Shown here one piece after another: positions 37,831 to 46,685 of a stretch of 64,000 nt of DNA (position 1 is its first letter; the number at the start of each line of letters is the position of its first letter). The DNA lies in the NCBI GenBank assembly GCA_965217585.1, contig OZ244561.1, positions 5,120,001-5,184,000 of the forward strand. The letters are read 5' to 3'. The DNA comes from Candidatus Latescibacterota bacterium (lineage in GTDB: Bacteria; Latescibacterota; UBA2968; UBA8231). The translations under genes and the position numbers were made by a program. The notes under the pieces were generated by a model. The model did not search any database and was not told where the DNA came from. It saw only the letters and a list, made by a program, of their open reading frames with translations.

Positions 37831-38583
37831 CTATAATTCCTTTAGTTCAGGCCATTTAATTTTTTTCTGGCTCGACGAATCGCAAAGAATCAATCCGCCT
37901 TGTGACGCGATTTGTTCAAGAGTTAAGTCGGTCAAAATTGGGGCAATGTGCTGTATCAGATCGCCATACATGGATTCAACGAGATTTTTTGTTTGATGGT
38001 CCACTGAGATCCTCCTCACAGGAACCCAAATTTTGCCGTGAAGCTGTTTAAGTTCCTCGGTAGTTGCTGACGATACGTTGAAGACTGATTTCTCATCAGA
38101 AATAGTACAGATAACTTCTATCCACGGGTTTTCAGAACGCCACTTGGGCGGCTCTGGCGACGCGAACAGACGCATGGCTCGTTCTGCGAGTGCCCGATAT
38201 TCTCTCGTTTCGTGCCCTTGCAAACCATACGCGATACCAAATTTAATGGCCATGTCTGGCGCAGTCTTGGTAATCGGGTAGTGAATCTTTTTGATGTCTG
38301 GTTCCATAAGGTCGAGGAATTCTTGGATGCGCTCTTTATCGAGATCTTCCCCGCCAACTATATCAATAAAGCTGAGAACTGAGCTGCCACCCGGTACTAG
38401 ATCCACAGATTCAGCGACGAGTTTTCCTATATTCTCATGGACTATCTGGTCAACGGTTTCTTCCCTATTAAACCGCATATTTTTGGGCAGATCATTCTCG
38501 AGGTGTCGATGTAGGAAGGCATTGATGCCAACTTCGGCCTTGTTGCCTTTTATTCGCCGAATTCTGTGCGCAGTGAGATACAT
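37831..38583 (-). CDS. Hypothetical protein (250 aa), third gene of low-GC cassette
   Basis: Long ORF, TAATG coupling to upstream gene, low GC. Confidence 0.7.
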   Translation of the reverse strand: MYLTAHRIRRIKGNKAEVGINAFLHRHLENDLPKNMRFNREETVDQIVHENIGKLVAESVDLVPGGSSVLSFIDIVGGEDLDKERIQEFLDLMEPDIKKIHYPITKTAPDMAIKFGIAYGLQGHETREYRALAERAMRLFASPEPPKWRSENPWIEVICTISDEKSVFNVSSATTEELKQLHGKIWVPVRRISVDHQTKNLVESMYGDLIQHIAPILTDLTLEQIASQGGLILCDSSSQKKIKWPELKEL

Positions 38584-38846
38584 TAGGCCACATCCTTGAA
38601 GACTAAACTTCGAATCTCGCTTAATGTCTCCATCGGTGATTCGTCGTTATCGTCATTATCGCGAATGAGAGACTTCGTTCCTTCGCGGTACAGTACCTGC
38701 TGTTCTTCTTCGCTCAGTTCGTACCAGAGCTCTTCCATAGCGTCGAGGATGGGGTCCTCTGCCTCGGATTCCAAGCCTGCATATTGCCAACGGATATAAA
38801 TGAGATCCGCTTCTAGGGATCGGTATCGCTGGAGGGCATCACTCAT
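38583..38846 (-). CDS. Small acidic protein, putative immunity/antitoxin
   Basis: 87 aa, ESEAEDPILDAMEELWYELSEEEQ; start overlaps toxin stop. Confidence 0.6.
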   Translation of the reverse strand: MSDALQRYRSLEADLIYIRWQYAGLESEAEDPILDAMEELWYELSEEEQQVLYREGTKSLIRDNDDNDESPMETLSEIRSLVFKDVA

Positions 38847-39234
38847 ATTTCGCCCATTTCTCTTTAGTGTCGTGTAAGTTCTGTTCAAACTCCTCGAACA
38901 AACAGCACTGTGCTGGCTCAATAAGCGCGTGAGTCGGCGTATCTCTACGCAGGTTCAAAGCAGGAGACAAGTTCGGTACTTGCAGATAAAAAACAGGATC
39001 GCGTCCTTCACCTCCCAAGGATTTGGGCAATCGCATCGGCGGTAGCCGCATAGGATCGTCTGGGGTTACGGACATTCCGCCTGTCTGGGGATGGACCTTT
39101 CCGGCGCGAATGGGGATGTCGATTCGCGGCCCGCAGATGCGAACGCCCAATGTTCTCGCCGACCGTCCCGTTAGAGGCTTGCCATTGGGGGCCTCTCTCA
39201 TAGCTCGAAAGATAATCCGCACGCTGCTACTCAT
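38839..39234 (-). CDS. Tse2-like ADP-ribosyltransferase toxin domain protein
   Basis: IFRAM..GKP..GRSARTLGVR, GGMSVTP, GGEGRDPVF, HALIEP pattern recognised from the Tse2-type ART family. Confidence 0.65.
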   Translation of the reverse strand: MSSSVRIIFRAMREAPNGKPLTGRSARTLGVRICGPRIDIPIRAGKVHPQTGGMSVTPDDPMRLPPMRLPKSLGGEGRDPVFYLQVPNLSPALNLRRDTPTHALIEPAQCCLFEEFEQNLHDTKEKWAKYE

Positions 39235-39982
39235 CGTCAATTTCGTTCAGCAAGTCCTTGGCCAAGGATACGCAAGCGAGGGCGTCTTTGCCATAGCCGT
39301 CGGCCCCCATGTCGTCGGCAAATTCTTGGGTCACGGGTGCGCCGCCGACCATGATTTTGACGTCGTCGCGCAAGTCGGCGTCGATGAAGGCCTCGATGGT
39401 CTTGCCCATGTTGGGCATGGTGGTGGTCAACAGGGCCGACATGCCCAAGAGCGGAGCTTCGTGCTCTTCGACTGCGTCGATGAACTCGTCTTCGGAGGTA
39501 TCTACGCCGAGGTCGTGGACGACGAAGCCGGACCCGCGCAGCATCATAATGCACAAGTTTTTGCCGATGTCGTGCAGGTCGCCCTTGACCGTGCCCATGA
39601 TCACAACGCCGACGGGCTCGACGCCCGAGGCCGAGAGAATAGGCTCGATGTGGGCCATGCCGGCCTTCATGGCGCGGGCGCAGGCTAACACTTCGGGGAC
39701 AAAGATGAAGTTTTCGCGGAATTTGATGCCGACAATGGCCATGCCGGCGATCAGCCCGTCGTCCATGACTTCGATGGCTTCCACGCCCGAGGCAATGGCT
39801 TGGCCGGTCAGCTCGTCGACTGTTAGGTGGTCGCCGTCGATGAGGGCCGCGGCGATGTTTTGCATCTGTTCGCTGGCTTGGGCAAAGAGGCTGATGATGC
39901 GCTCGCGCTCTTCGTCGCGCTCGATGAACTCTTCGATCTCTTCACGGATAAATTCGTTGGCGATGTCGGTGATGTCTGCCAT
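39227..39982 (-). CDS. Corrinoid (B12-binding) protein, MtaC/MttC family
   Basis: FVPEVL..ARAM, GTVKGDLHDIGKN, GMSALLTTT, MVGGAPVT. Confidence 0.93.
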   Translation of the reverse strand: MADITDIANEFIREEIEEFIERDEERERIISLFAQASEQMQNIAAALIDGDHLTVDELTGQAIASGVEAIEVMDDGLIAGMAIVGIKFRENFIFVPEVLACARAMKAGMAHIEPILSASGVEPVGVVIMGTVKGDLHDIGKNLCIMMLRGSGFVVHDLGVDTSEDEFIDAVEEHEAPLLGMSALLTTTMPNMGKTIEAFIDADLRDDVKIMVGGAPVTQEFADDMGADGYGKDALACVSLAKDLLNEIDDE

Positions 39983-39995
39983 GGGGTCTCTTCTT

Positions 39996-41030
39996 CTAGT
40001 TGCGAGCTTGGTCCCGGTGCCACTCGTGCACCGTACGAGGGATAGCCTTGAGGTTTTCGATGGAGGTCTGCAAGGGGATGGCGCACTCCGGGCCGATGAG
40101 CTGGACGCCGGCTTCGAGGTTGCGCAAGACTTCGGCACTGACGACTTCCGGCCCCTTGGAAAAGAGGGTCTCGGGGTTGTTGATATTGCCTACTAACGAG
40201 ATGCGGTCGCGCACGATCTGGGTGGATTCCTCGGGCGTGTTCTTGGAGTCGTAATGGAAGGCCGCCATGCCGGTTTGAGCGATGTACTCCATGCGGTCAA
40301 CCGTGCGGCCGCAGATGTGGAGGATGATGGGCACGGACAGCCGCTCGGCAAACTCGATGTGCAGGTCGCGCAAATAGCGCTCGTAATACTCGCCGCTGAC
40401 GAGGTCGCCGGTGGCGTGGTCGGGCAGGGTCAGGGCGTCGGCACCGGCCTCGATCTGCGCCTGGCCAAATTCGATGGTGATCTCTTTCATGCGGTCGAGG
40501 CAGAGCTTGGTCTTGCCTGGGTCGTCGAGCGACAGCAGCAGAAAAGGCTCGACCCCGAAGCAGTGGTAGCCCAGCGACCAAGGCCCCATGGTCTTGCCGA
40601 CGATGGCAACTTCGTCGCCGTATTCCTTGCGCAGGATCTTGATCGCCTCGGTGACGCAGGCCGTGTCGGGATGGGTGCAGAGATCGGCGGGGATTTTGAT
40701 GTCGTCTGGCTCGTGCCAGATTGGCTCGCTCATGCGGACGGTGGGCCAGTTGTCCTTTTGCTCCCACTGGATTTTGCACCCGAGGGCCGAGGACTCTTGG
40801 ATGATGGTGAAGACCGGCATGATGGTGTCAAAGCCCAGCTCGGTGTAGCCGGTGGCAGCTAGCCGTGCCATGAGTTCGGGCTCGCGATTGGCCGCGGGAA
40901 AGGGGGCATCGACGAGGTCCATCAATTCGACGGTGGCCAACGAGGTCGGGTTGCAGAGCGGGGTGCGATCCACAGGCTGGCGGGCGAGGGCAGCGAGGAC
41001 GCGCTCGCGGCTGGTCATCGAAGCGGGCAT
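39996..41030 (-). CDS. MtaA/CmuA family methyltransferase (uroporphyrinogen decarboxylase fold)
   Basis: MTSRERVLAAL, ILHICG, VGNINN, PECAIP. Confidence 0.88.
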   Translation of the reverse strand: MPASMTSRERVLAALARQPVDRTPLCNPTSLATVELMDLVDAPFPAANREPELMARLAATGYTELGFDTIMPVFTIIQESSALGCKIQWEQKDNWPTVRMSEPIWHEPDDIKIPADLCTHPDTACVTEAIKILRKEYGDEVAIVGKTMGPWSLGYHCFGVEPFLLLSLDDPGKTKLCLDRMKEITIEFGQAQIEAGADALTLPDHATGDLVSGEYYERYLRDLHIEFAERLSVPIILHICGRTVDRMEYIAQTGMAAFHYDSKNTPEESTQIVRDRISLVGNINNPETLFSKGPEVVSAEVLRNLEAGVQLIGPECAIPLQTSIENLKAIPRTVHEWHRDQARN

Positions 41031-41041
41031 GATAGACTCCT

Positions 41042-41683
41042 TTATTCCTGGGCGCTAGGGGCTGAGAGCACGCCGCGGTTGGCCATGGCTTCGGCCTCAC
41101 GCACGGCGGCTCGCACATTGGGAGCGCGGACGAGCAAGAGGCCGATCAAGGCGTCGTGTGCCTCGCCGCAGCCGAACTGGGCTTGGTTGGGTTGGTCGGC
41201 GACCTCGTCCATTTCGCCGAGGCGGATTAGGCCGCGGGCGATGGTGGCGACGCGGCGTTCCACGCCTTGGACCGGTTCGGTGGCGCGGGCTTCGTACAGG
41301 CCCTGTCCGAGGCTGGCAACGGCGATGGTGGCGTTGGCCTTTTTGTCGAAGATGTGCAGCGGCCGCGGCTCTGGCGTCTGCTCCGGCGACAGCTTGCAAG
41401 CCTCTAGGAAGAGCCGCTTGACTCCGAGCCGATGGGCGTGGCCGCAGGAAAAGCTGAGCGGGCCGGCGCTCGTTTGTTCCATGCCTCCGAGCACCTGCAT
41501 GGCGCGGGCGACTCCAGCGACGCGCTCGGCCGCGCCAAGGCGACGGCTGTAGGTGTGGACTTGGTAACAGGGGAGGCCAGGGCCGTCCGGGCAATATAGG
41601 GCGATGGAAATGTCGTCGAAGTGGGGATCCATGGAGACCAATTCGACGCGCGAGCCAAGGTCCAAAGTCTGTGCCATCTGCAT
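41042..41683 (-). CDS. Hypothetical protein with two FxCGxxH repeats, first gene of methyl-transfer operon
   Basis: RBS GAGGA; FSCGHAH and FGCGEAH in duplicated segments. Confidence 0.72.
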   Translation of the reverse strand: MQMAQTLDLGSRVELVSMDPHFDDISIALYCPDGPGLPCYQVHTYSRRLGAAERVAGVARAMQVLGGMEQTSAGPLSFSCGHAHRLGVKRLFLEACKLSPEQTPEPRPLHIFDKKANATIAVASLGQGLYEARATEPVQGVERRVATIARGLIRLGEMDEVADQPNQAQFGCGEAHDALIGLLLVRAPNVRAAVREAEAMANRGVLSAPSAQE

Positions 41684-41731
41684 TTCCTCTTGACAGCAAA
41701 GCGCGGGGTTAAGTATTGTTCATTGAAAATA

Positions 41732-41752
41732 GCTGATGGTCAGACCATCGGC
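41732..41752. promoter_or_regulatory. FadR/GntR-type operator GATGGTC-A-GACCATC
   Basis: Perfect palindrome with TGGT-N3-ACCA core ~50 bp upstream of the operon; TTGACA at 41690; FadR gene at 43970. Confidence 0.7.
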
Positions 41753-41824
41753 AAATAAAAAATGTGGTCGACGTTGGACGAAATCACCCATATTTGGTCA
41801 ATATGGGCGGCGTTGTCCGCCCTA

Positions 41825-41843
41825 GTCTCGCCTGAAGGCGAGG
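41825..41843 (-). repeat. REP-like hairpin (reverse complement CCTCGCCTTCAGGCGAGAC)
   Basis: 18/19 identical to 5143-5161. Confidence 0.6.
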
Positions 41844-41894
41844 ACTTCCCATCCTAGGCGACAGTGGCAACGGCTATCGAAACCGGCAGTAGAT

Positions 41895-42578
41895 ATGAGC
41901 TATCTCTACGAACTACGCACGAGAATAGAGAAGGATTTTCGCCATCCGGACCAGGAGTTCCAAGACTACTTCAGACAGGGCAACGGGGAGGGGGTATGGG
42001 TGGATTTGGGATGCGGGACAAACCGATATGTCGAGGAATACAGAGGCCAGTTCAAGCAGGCCCTCGGTATCGACATTGACCTGCGCTTGGTCGCGAGAGC
42101 TGCAAAGCCATTTATAATTTCAGACAGCGGACAATTGTGCTTAAAAAAGAATAGCGTTGATTTGGTCTCTACCTTTATGGTAGTAGAGCATTGGGTCTCG
42201 CCGGCTGATAGTCTCCAGGAGATCATGGACGTCTTGAAGCCAGGCGGAATTTTTGTATGCTGTACCGTAAACAAGACCTATTGGGCCAGTCTGCTGAATA
42301 GGGCGTTGCCGGAAATAGTCAAAAGATGGGTAGTGCGGCGTGTCCACAACAAGGATGATGAAGATATTTTCAAGGCCTACTATCGCTTCAACGATCAGTC
42401 GACGATCAAGCAGATCATAGCTAAGGTCGGCTTTAACCAGCTAGAGATTAGAGACTACGTGGAGTACGTGTACCTGTCCAAGTTCCTTTTCAAGCTGCAG
42501 CGCTTCCTGCACAAAGGGACGTTTCTAGGGAACACGGCCCTGCTCAAATCGCATTTTCTTATTGTCGCGAGAAAGTAA
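41895..42578 (+). CDS. Class I SAM-dependent methyltransferase (Methyltransf_11-like)
   Basis: VDLGCG, GIDID, SVDLV, VEH, VLKPGG; low GC. Confidence 0.85.
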   Translation: MSYLYELRTRIEKDFRHPDQEFQDYFRQGNGEGVWVDLGCGTNRYVEEYRGQFKQALGIDIDLRLVARAAKPFIISDSGQLCLKKNSVDLVSTFMVVEHWVSPADSLQEIMDVLKPGGIFVCCTVNKTYWASLLNRALPEIVKRWVVRRVHNKDDEDIFKAYYRFNDQSTIKQIIAKVGFNQLEIRDYVEYVYLSKFLFKLQRFLHKGTFLGNTALLKSHFLIVARK

Positions 42579-42587
42579 GGGAGACAG

Positions 42588-43958
42588 GTGAAGAAAACAC
42601 CAGATACCTGTGTTTCGACACGCCTTGTATTCTCTATCGCCACAACTATCGCGCTTGCGCTGCTCGCTGCGCTTGGGGGATGCACGAGCAGAGAATCGAT
42701 CGCTAGCTTGGATTACGAACCTAGCCCGCTGGCGATTGGACCCCTGACCATCGGCGTTTGGTTGCCGGCCGGCCTGGACGAGTACCGCTTCGGCCCGGGA
42801 GACCAGAAACAGCTTGCGGAGTTAGGGATAAACTACCTAGAGTGGTTGCAGCCAGCTATCTTGGAGGATGGATCCACGGCTGAAGAAGCTGCCATGGAGT
42901 TCTGCAATCGCACTGGTATAAGCATGCCGGTCTACTATGCGCCCCTAGGATACGCGAAGCACGACAAGCTCCACGATTGGGCGACTCAAACCGGATCCAC
43001 CGCAGAGTTGGACAAAATAGTAGAGGCGCTCTTTACCCGGTGGGAAGGAAATCGTGGATTCAGCGGCTATTTGGTAGGGCACGAGGATTATTCCAAGTCA
43101 TTCTACTCGTCATTGCGCCAGACAGTCGAAGCGCTGCGATTTCAGGATCCCGACCGTTCGGCAGTCACCGTGGGTAACATCGTCGATTATCAATCCATCG
43201 AGGACTTTATGGACTCCTTTTTTGTGCCAGGAGGCCCGCCCAACATCTTCCAGCACGAATGCTACGTGTTTCGTAACGATACGCCTTATGGTGGCAAGAA
43301 GCTGCAGCACCAGTTGAACCGGCTGCTTGAAACCTATGATCAGGTCGCGCACCACATGCAAGGCCGCTACGGCCGGTGGCACGCAATCGTGCAGACGATG
43401 AGTGTAGTGCGTGAGGGGCGACTGAATTGGCGCAAACCCATGGCCAGTGAAATAGATCTTCAGGTTGGGATGGCGTTGACGCGGGGAGCGGCGGGCATCA
43501 TTTACTTTCTCTACAGTTCCGGTCTTGAAGAAATATTCGATGAACAGGGTGACCTAGTGATGCGCCGGACCTACGAAGGTCTGGTGAATGAGCAGGGGGA
43601 GCCGACGGCCAGCTATCGTGCGGTGCAGGAGTTGAATGGTTTACTGCGTCGCTTGAGTCCGGTGTTGGAGGACTTGCACTACCACGGTGGATTTTCCTCG
43701 CGCGAATTCCGCCGCAATCCACTCGTGTTTGAGCCGCAGGTTGATTTGGAGTTTGGACTTTTCGGCAACGGCGTGATGCCTAGCCACGTGCTCATCGTAA
43801 ATCGTCAGACGCAGAACGCCAGAAATGTGCAATTGTCGGTGGGCGGTGATCACGTACAGGATGCACTAACGGGCGACATGCTCGAAGTTGTGGAAGGGAA
43901 GGTGGTCGTTCCTCTCAATGCTGGTGGCTTGAGATTGTTGGAGATTCGGAATGGTTAA
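42588..43958 (+). CDS. Lipoprotein, possible glycoside-hydrolase-like TIM barrel
   Basis: Lipobox LGGC; GYLVGHE, GAAGIIYF motifs; function uncertain. Confidence 0.55.
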   Translation: MKKTPDTCVSTRLVFSIATTIALALLAALGGCTSRESIASLDYEPSPLAIGPLTIGVWLPAGLDEYRFGPGDQKQLAELGINYLEWLQPAILEDGSTAEEAAMEFCNRTGISMPVYYAPLGYAKHDKLHDWATQTGSTAELDKIVEALFTRWEGNRGFSGYLVGHEDYSKSFYSSLRQTVEALRFQDPDRSAVTVGNIVDYQSIEDFMDSFFVPGGPPNIFQHECYVFRNDTPYGGKKLQHQLNRLLETYDQVAHHMQGRYGRWHAIVQTMSVVREGRLNWRKPMASEIDLQVGMALTRGAAGIIYFLYSSGLEEIFDEQGDLVMRRTYEGLVNEQGEPTASYRAVQELNGLLRRLSPVLEDLHYHGGFSSREFRRNPLVFEPQVDLEFGLFGNGVMPSHVLIVNRQTQNARNVQLSVGGDHVQDALTGDMLEVVEGKVVVPLNAGGLRLLEIRNG

Positions 43959-43969
43959 CTTCGATCACA

Positions 43970-44743
43970 ATGGGGTCGCTTAGCGCCGGATTGAATGCCT
44001 TGACCGACTCTGCTAAGAAAGCCGCGGCCATGCGCCCGGTGCAGCGCACGTCCGTAAGCGATGCGATCGTCGCGCAGATAACGGACTTGATTGAGCGCAA
44101 CGTTCTCAAGCCCGGCGATAGGCTGCCGCCGGAACGGGAGCTGTGCAAGCGCTTTCAGGTGGGGCGCTCCTCACTGCGCGAAGCCCTGCGCTCGTTATCT
44201 ATGATGGGCCTGCTCGACGGCCGCGTGGGCGAGGGCACCTTTGTCTGCGACAAGGGCCAATACGTGGAGAGGGCGTTGCAGTGGGGGTTTTTGCTCGACG
44301 GCAAGAAGCTCCAAGACCTGAGCGAGACGCGGATGATGCTCGAGTCGCAAAACGCCTATTTGGCAGCCGAGCGGGCCACGCCCGCTGACTTAGAGGCTAT
44401 TGCCGACGCGCTGGCCGGCATGGCCGGGGGGCTGGCCGACGAAGGGCGCTTTCTCGCCAGCGATTTGCAGTTCCACCTACTGATTGCCCGGGCCACGCAC
44501 AATTCCATTCTCTACAGCTTGCTCGAAACCACGCGCAACTATCTACAAGAATGGATCAAGGAAAGCTTAGCGGAGCCGTCGCTGGCTGGCCCTCGGGCCG
44601 AACTTTCGCTGGCGGAACACCACCAGATCTTGGAGGCATTGCAGCGTAGAGATGCGGAGGCCGCGCGGCAGGCGATGGCGGCGCACATCCGCTCTAGCAG
44701 TGGGGATTTGCAGCGGACTAGCCGTCGATCAGAGTCCGGTTGA
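43970..44743 (+). CDS. FadR/GntR family transcriptional regulator (start may be 44030)
   Basis: LKPGDRLPPERELC..F.VGRSSLREAL, GEGTFV, D.QFH...ATHN, EH. Confidence 0.93.
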   Translation: MGSLSAGLNALTDSAKKAAAMRPVQRTSVSDAIVAQITDLIERNVLKPGDRLPPERELCKRFQVGRSSLREALRSLSMMGLLDGRVGEGTFVCDKGQYVERALQWGFLLDGKKLQDLSETRMMLESQNAYLAAERATPADLEAIADALAGMAGGLADEGRFLASDLQFHLLIARATHNSILYSLLETTRNYLQEWIKESLAEPSLAGPRAELSLAEHHQILEALQRRDAEAARQAMAAHIRSSSGDLQRTSRRSESG

Positions 44744-45722
44744 CGAACTCGGTGACCTCCTCAATTTTCCCCAATCCCGTTAAAATTAGGCTCTGGGCAA
44801 TGCGCCGCGAGAGCCCGATGATGCGCTCATCGCCGAGCGCGACCGGCTGGCGGCCGTCGGTCGCGCTCAACAGCAGGCAGCCGAGGTCGCGCACAGCTTG
44901 GTGTTTGACTTCCTCGGCCTTCTCGTAGCTCGCGCTCTGAAAATAGCTGTTCCAGAATACATTGACGGCCTCTAAATAGGCGGCTTTTTGGGCGGTGTTC
45001 TGCATGGCCTTGATGCACATATCGGCCGTATAGAAGGCGAGGTCAAAGGTGGGGTAACCGTAGTGGGCGGTGGCGAAATCGACCCAGTAGGGATGGCCGT
45101 TGGCGACCCATATATTGCGGGGCCGCAAGTCACCCAAGACGAGGGAGAACCCTTCGTTGAGCAGGCGGTTGGTGTGGACGGCAATGGCCTTTTTGAGATC
45201 GGGATAGGCGTTGGCGATGTAGTTGTAGTGAGGTTCGATGCGCAGTTGCTCAAATGCCTTAGTGGATGCAAACTCAGCCGCGACCTCGGGCGAGCCGGCC
45301 GTCTCATTGTGGACGGTGGCCAGCAGCTCGCCGCACTGGACGGCGATTTGCAGGTCGATGCGGCCGTTGATCAAGTCGCTCTCCCACGATAGGGCGTTGT
45401 GCGGCGGTGGGGTTGTCACGAGGATGAAGTCCGTGCGGTCTTCGAGCAAGACGTTCGGGAGAATCTCGGGAGCGAGGAGTTGCGCCAAGAACTCGATACA
45501 GCTTTTCTCGGCGAAGATGCGCCGCCGGTCGATCCACCAGCGCTCTTTGATTTGGACGCGCGAGTGCGCTTGCTTGACGATCCAGGTTCGATTGGAAGAC
45601 TCCACGTAGTACACCTGATTTTTCAGTCCGTCACTCAAACTCTGGACGCGGACTGGGCCCTCGTCGGTGAGCAGTTTCTTGCGTTGCAGATACTTGGGTA
45701 TAGCCTGTTTCTCTAGGTTCAT
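44718..45722 (-). CDS. Aminoglycoside phosphotransferase / methylthioribose kinase-like protein
   Basis: IVKQA, FEQLRIEP, LGDLRPRNI, VDF..AHYG.P.FD. Confidence 0.75.
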   Translation of the reverse strand: MNLEKQAIPKYLQRKKLLTDEGPVRVQSLSDGLKNQVYYVESSNRTWIVKQAHSRVQIKERWWIDRRRIFAEKSCIEFLAQLLAPEILPNVLLEDRTDFILVTTPPPHNALSWESDLINGRIDLQIAVQCGELLATVHNETAGSPEVAAEFASTKAFEQLRIEPHYNYIANAYPDLKKAIAVHTNRLLNEGFSLVLGDLRPRNIWVANGHPYWVDFATAHYGYPTFDLAFYTADMCIKAMQNTAQKAAYLEAVNVFWNSYFQSASYEKAEEVKHQAVRDLGCLLLSATDGRQPVALGDERIIGLSRRIAQSLILTGLGKIEEVTEFVNRTLIDG

Positions 45723-45731
45723 CGGCTTCTC

Positions 45732-46619
45732 TCAAGAGGTAGTGGCAGTGGCAGCCCGCACCTGTTCGACTTGGCTGGCGGCGTGGTACGAGCTGCGCAC
45801 CAGCGGGCCGGACTCGACGTGGCGAAAGCCCAAGCCGAGGGCGAAGTGCCGCCACTCCACAAACTCGTCCGGGTGGACAAAGCGCTCTACGGGCACGTGG
45901 TGGACGGACGGGCTTAGGTATTGGCCCAAGGTCAGGATGGCGCAGCCGACATCCGCTAGGTCTTGGACACTCTGGGCTATTTCACCTTTGGTCTCGCCGG
46001 CACCCAACATCATGCCGGACTTGGTGGGGGCAGGACTCATCTTGCGGGCCCGGTCGAGGAGTTCCAGCGAGCGACCGTACTGGGCTTGGGGGCGCATGGT
46101 GGGGTAGAGGCGAGGCGGAGTCTCGATATTGTGGTTGAGGATGTCCGGGCTGGCTCCGAGGACGGTGGCTAGGGCCTGCCAGTCCCCCTTGAAGTCCGGG
46201 ATTAGGACTTCGACGCTCGTCCCGGGGCAAAGGTGATGTACTGCCGAGATCGTTCGGGCGAAGATGCGCCCCCCGCCGTCTGGCAGTTCGTCGCGATTGA
46301 CCGAGGTAATCACCGCGTGGTCTAGCCCGAGGCGAGCAATGGCAGCGGCGACTCGCTCTGGCTCGCCCTCGTCGAGCCTTTGGGGGCGGCCCGTCTTGAT
46401 CGCGCAAAACCCGCAGCTGCGAGTGCAGACATCGCCCAAAATCATAAAGGTCGCCGTGCGTTGGCTCCAGCACTCGCCGATGTTGGGGCACTGGGCACTC
46501 TCACATACCGTGTTTAGCTGTAAATCGGCGAGCAGGTTTTTTAGGGCGATGTAATTGGGATGGCCTGGGGCTTTAGCCTTGAGCCAGGGTGGGAGCCGGC
46601 GCTTGGAGTCAGATGCCAT
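45732..46619 (-). CDS. lipA: Lipoyl synthase
   Basis: CESAQCPNIGEC, CTRSCGFC, HNIET, GQYL, VRSSY. Confidence 0.96.
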   Translation of the reverse strand: MASDSKRRLPPWLKAKAPGHPNYIALKNLLADLQLNTVCESAQCPNIGECWSQRTATFMILGDVCTRSCGFCAIKTGRPQRLDEGEPERVAAAIARLGLDHAVITSVNRDELPDGGGRIFARTISAVHHLCPGTSVEVLIPDFKGDWQALATVLGASPDILNHNIETPPRLYPTMRPQAQYGRSLELLDRARKMSPAPTKSGMMLGAGETKGEIAQSVQDLADVGCAILTLGQYLSPSVHHVPVERFVHPDEFVEWRHFALGLGFRHVESGPLVRSSYHAASQVEQVRAATATTS

Positions 46620-46685
46620 AGGATAGACGGGAAAAGGCTGAAACTAAAAACAAGTAGAATATAATACGGCTCCGGCACGCCAATA

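Noticed and set aside
41684-41890. Cobalamin or SAM riboswitch ahead of the corrinoid operon
   Set aside because: No B12-box or SAM-riboswitch consensus recognised; a protein operator explains the region better
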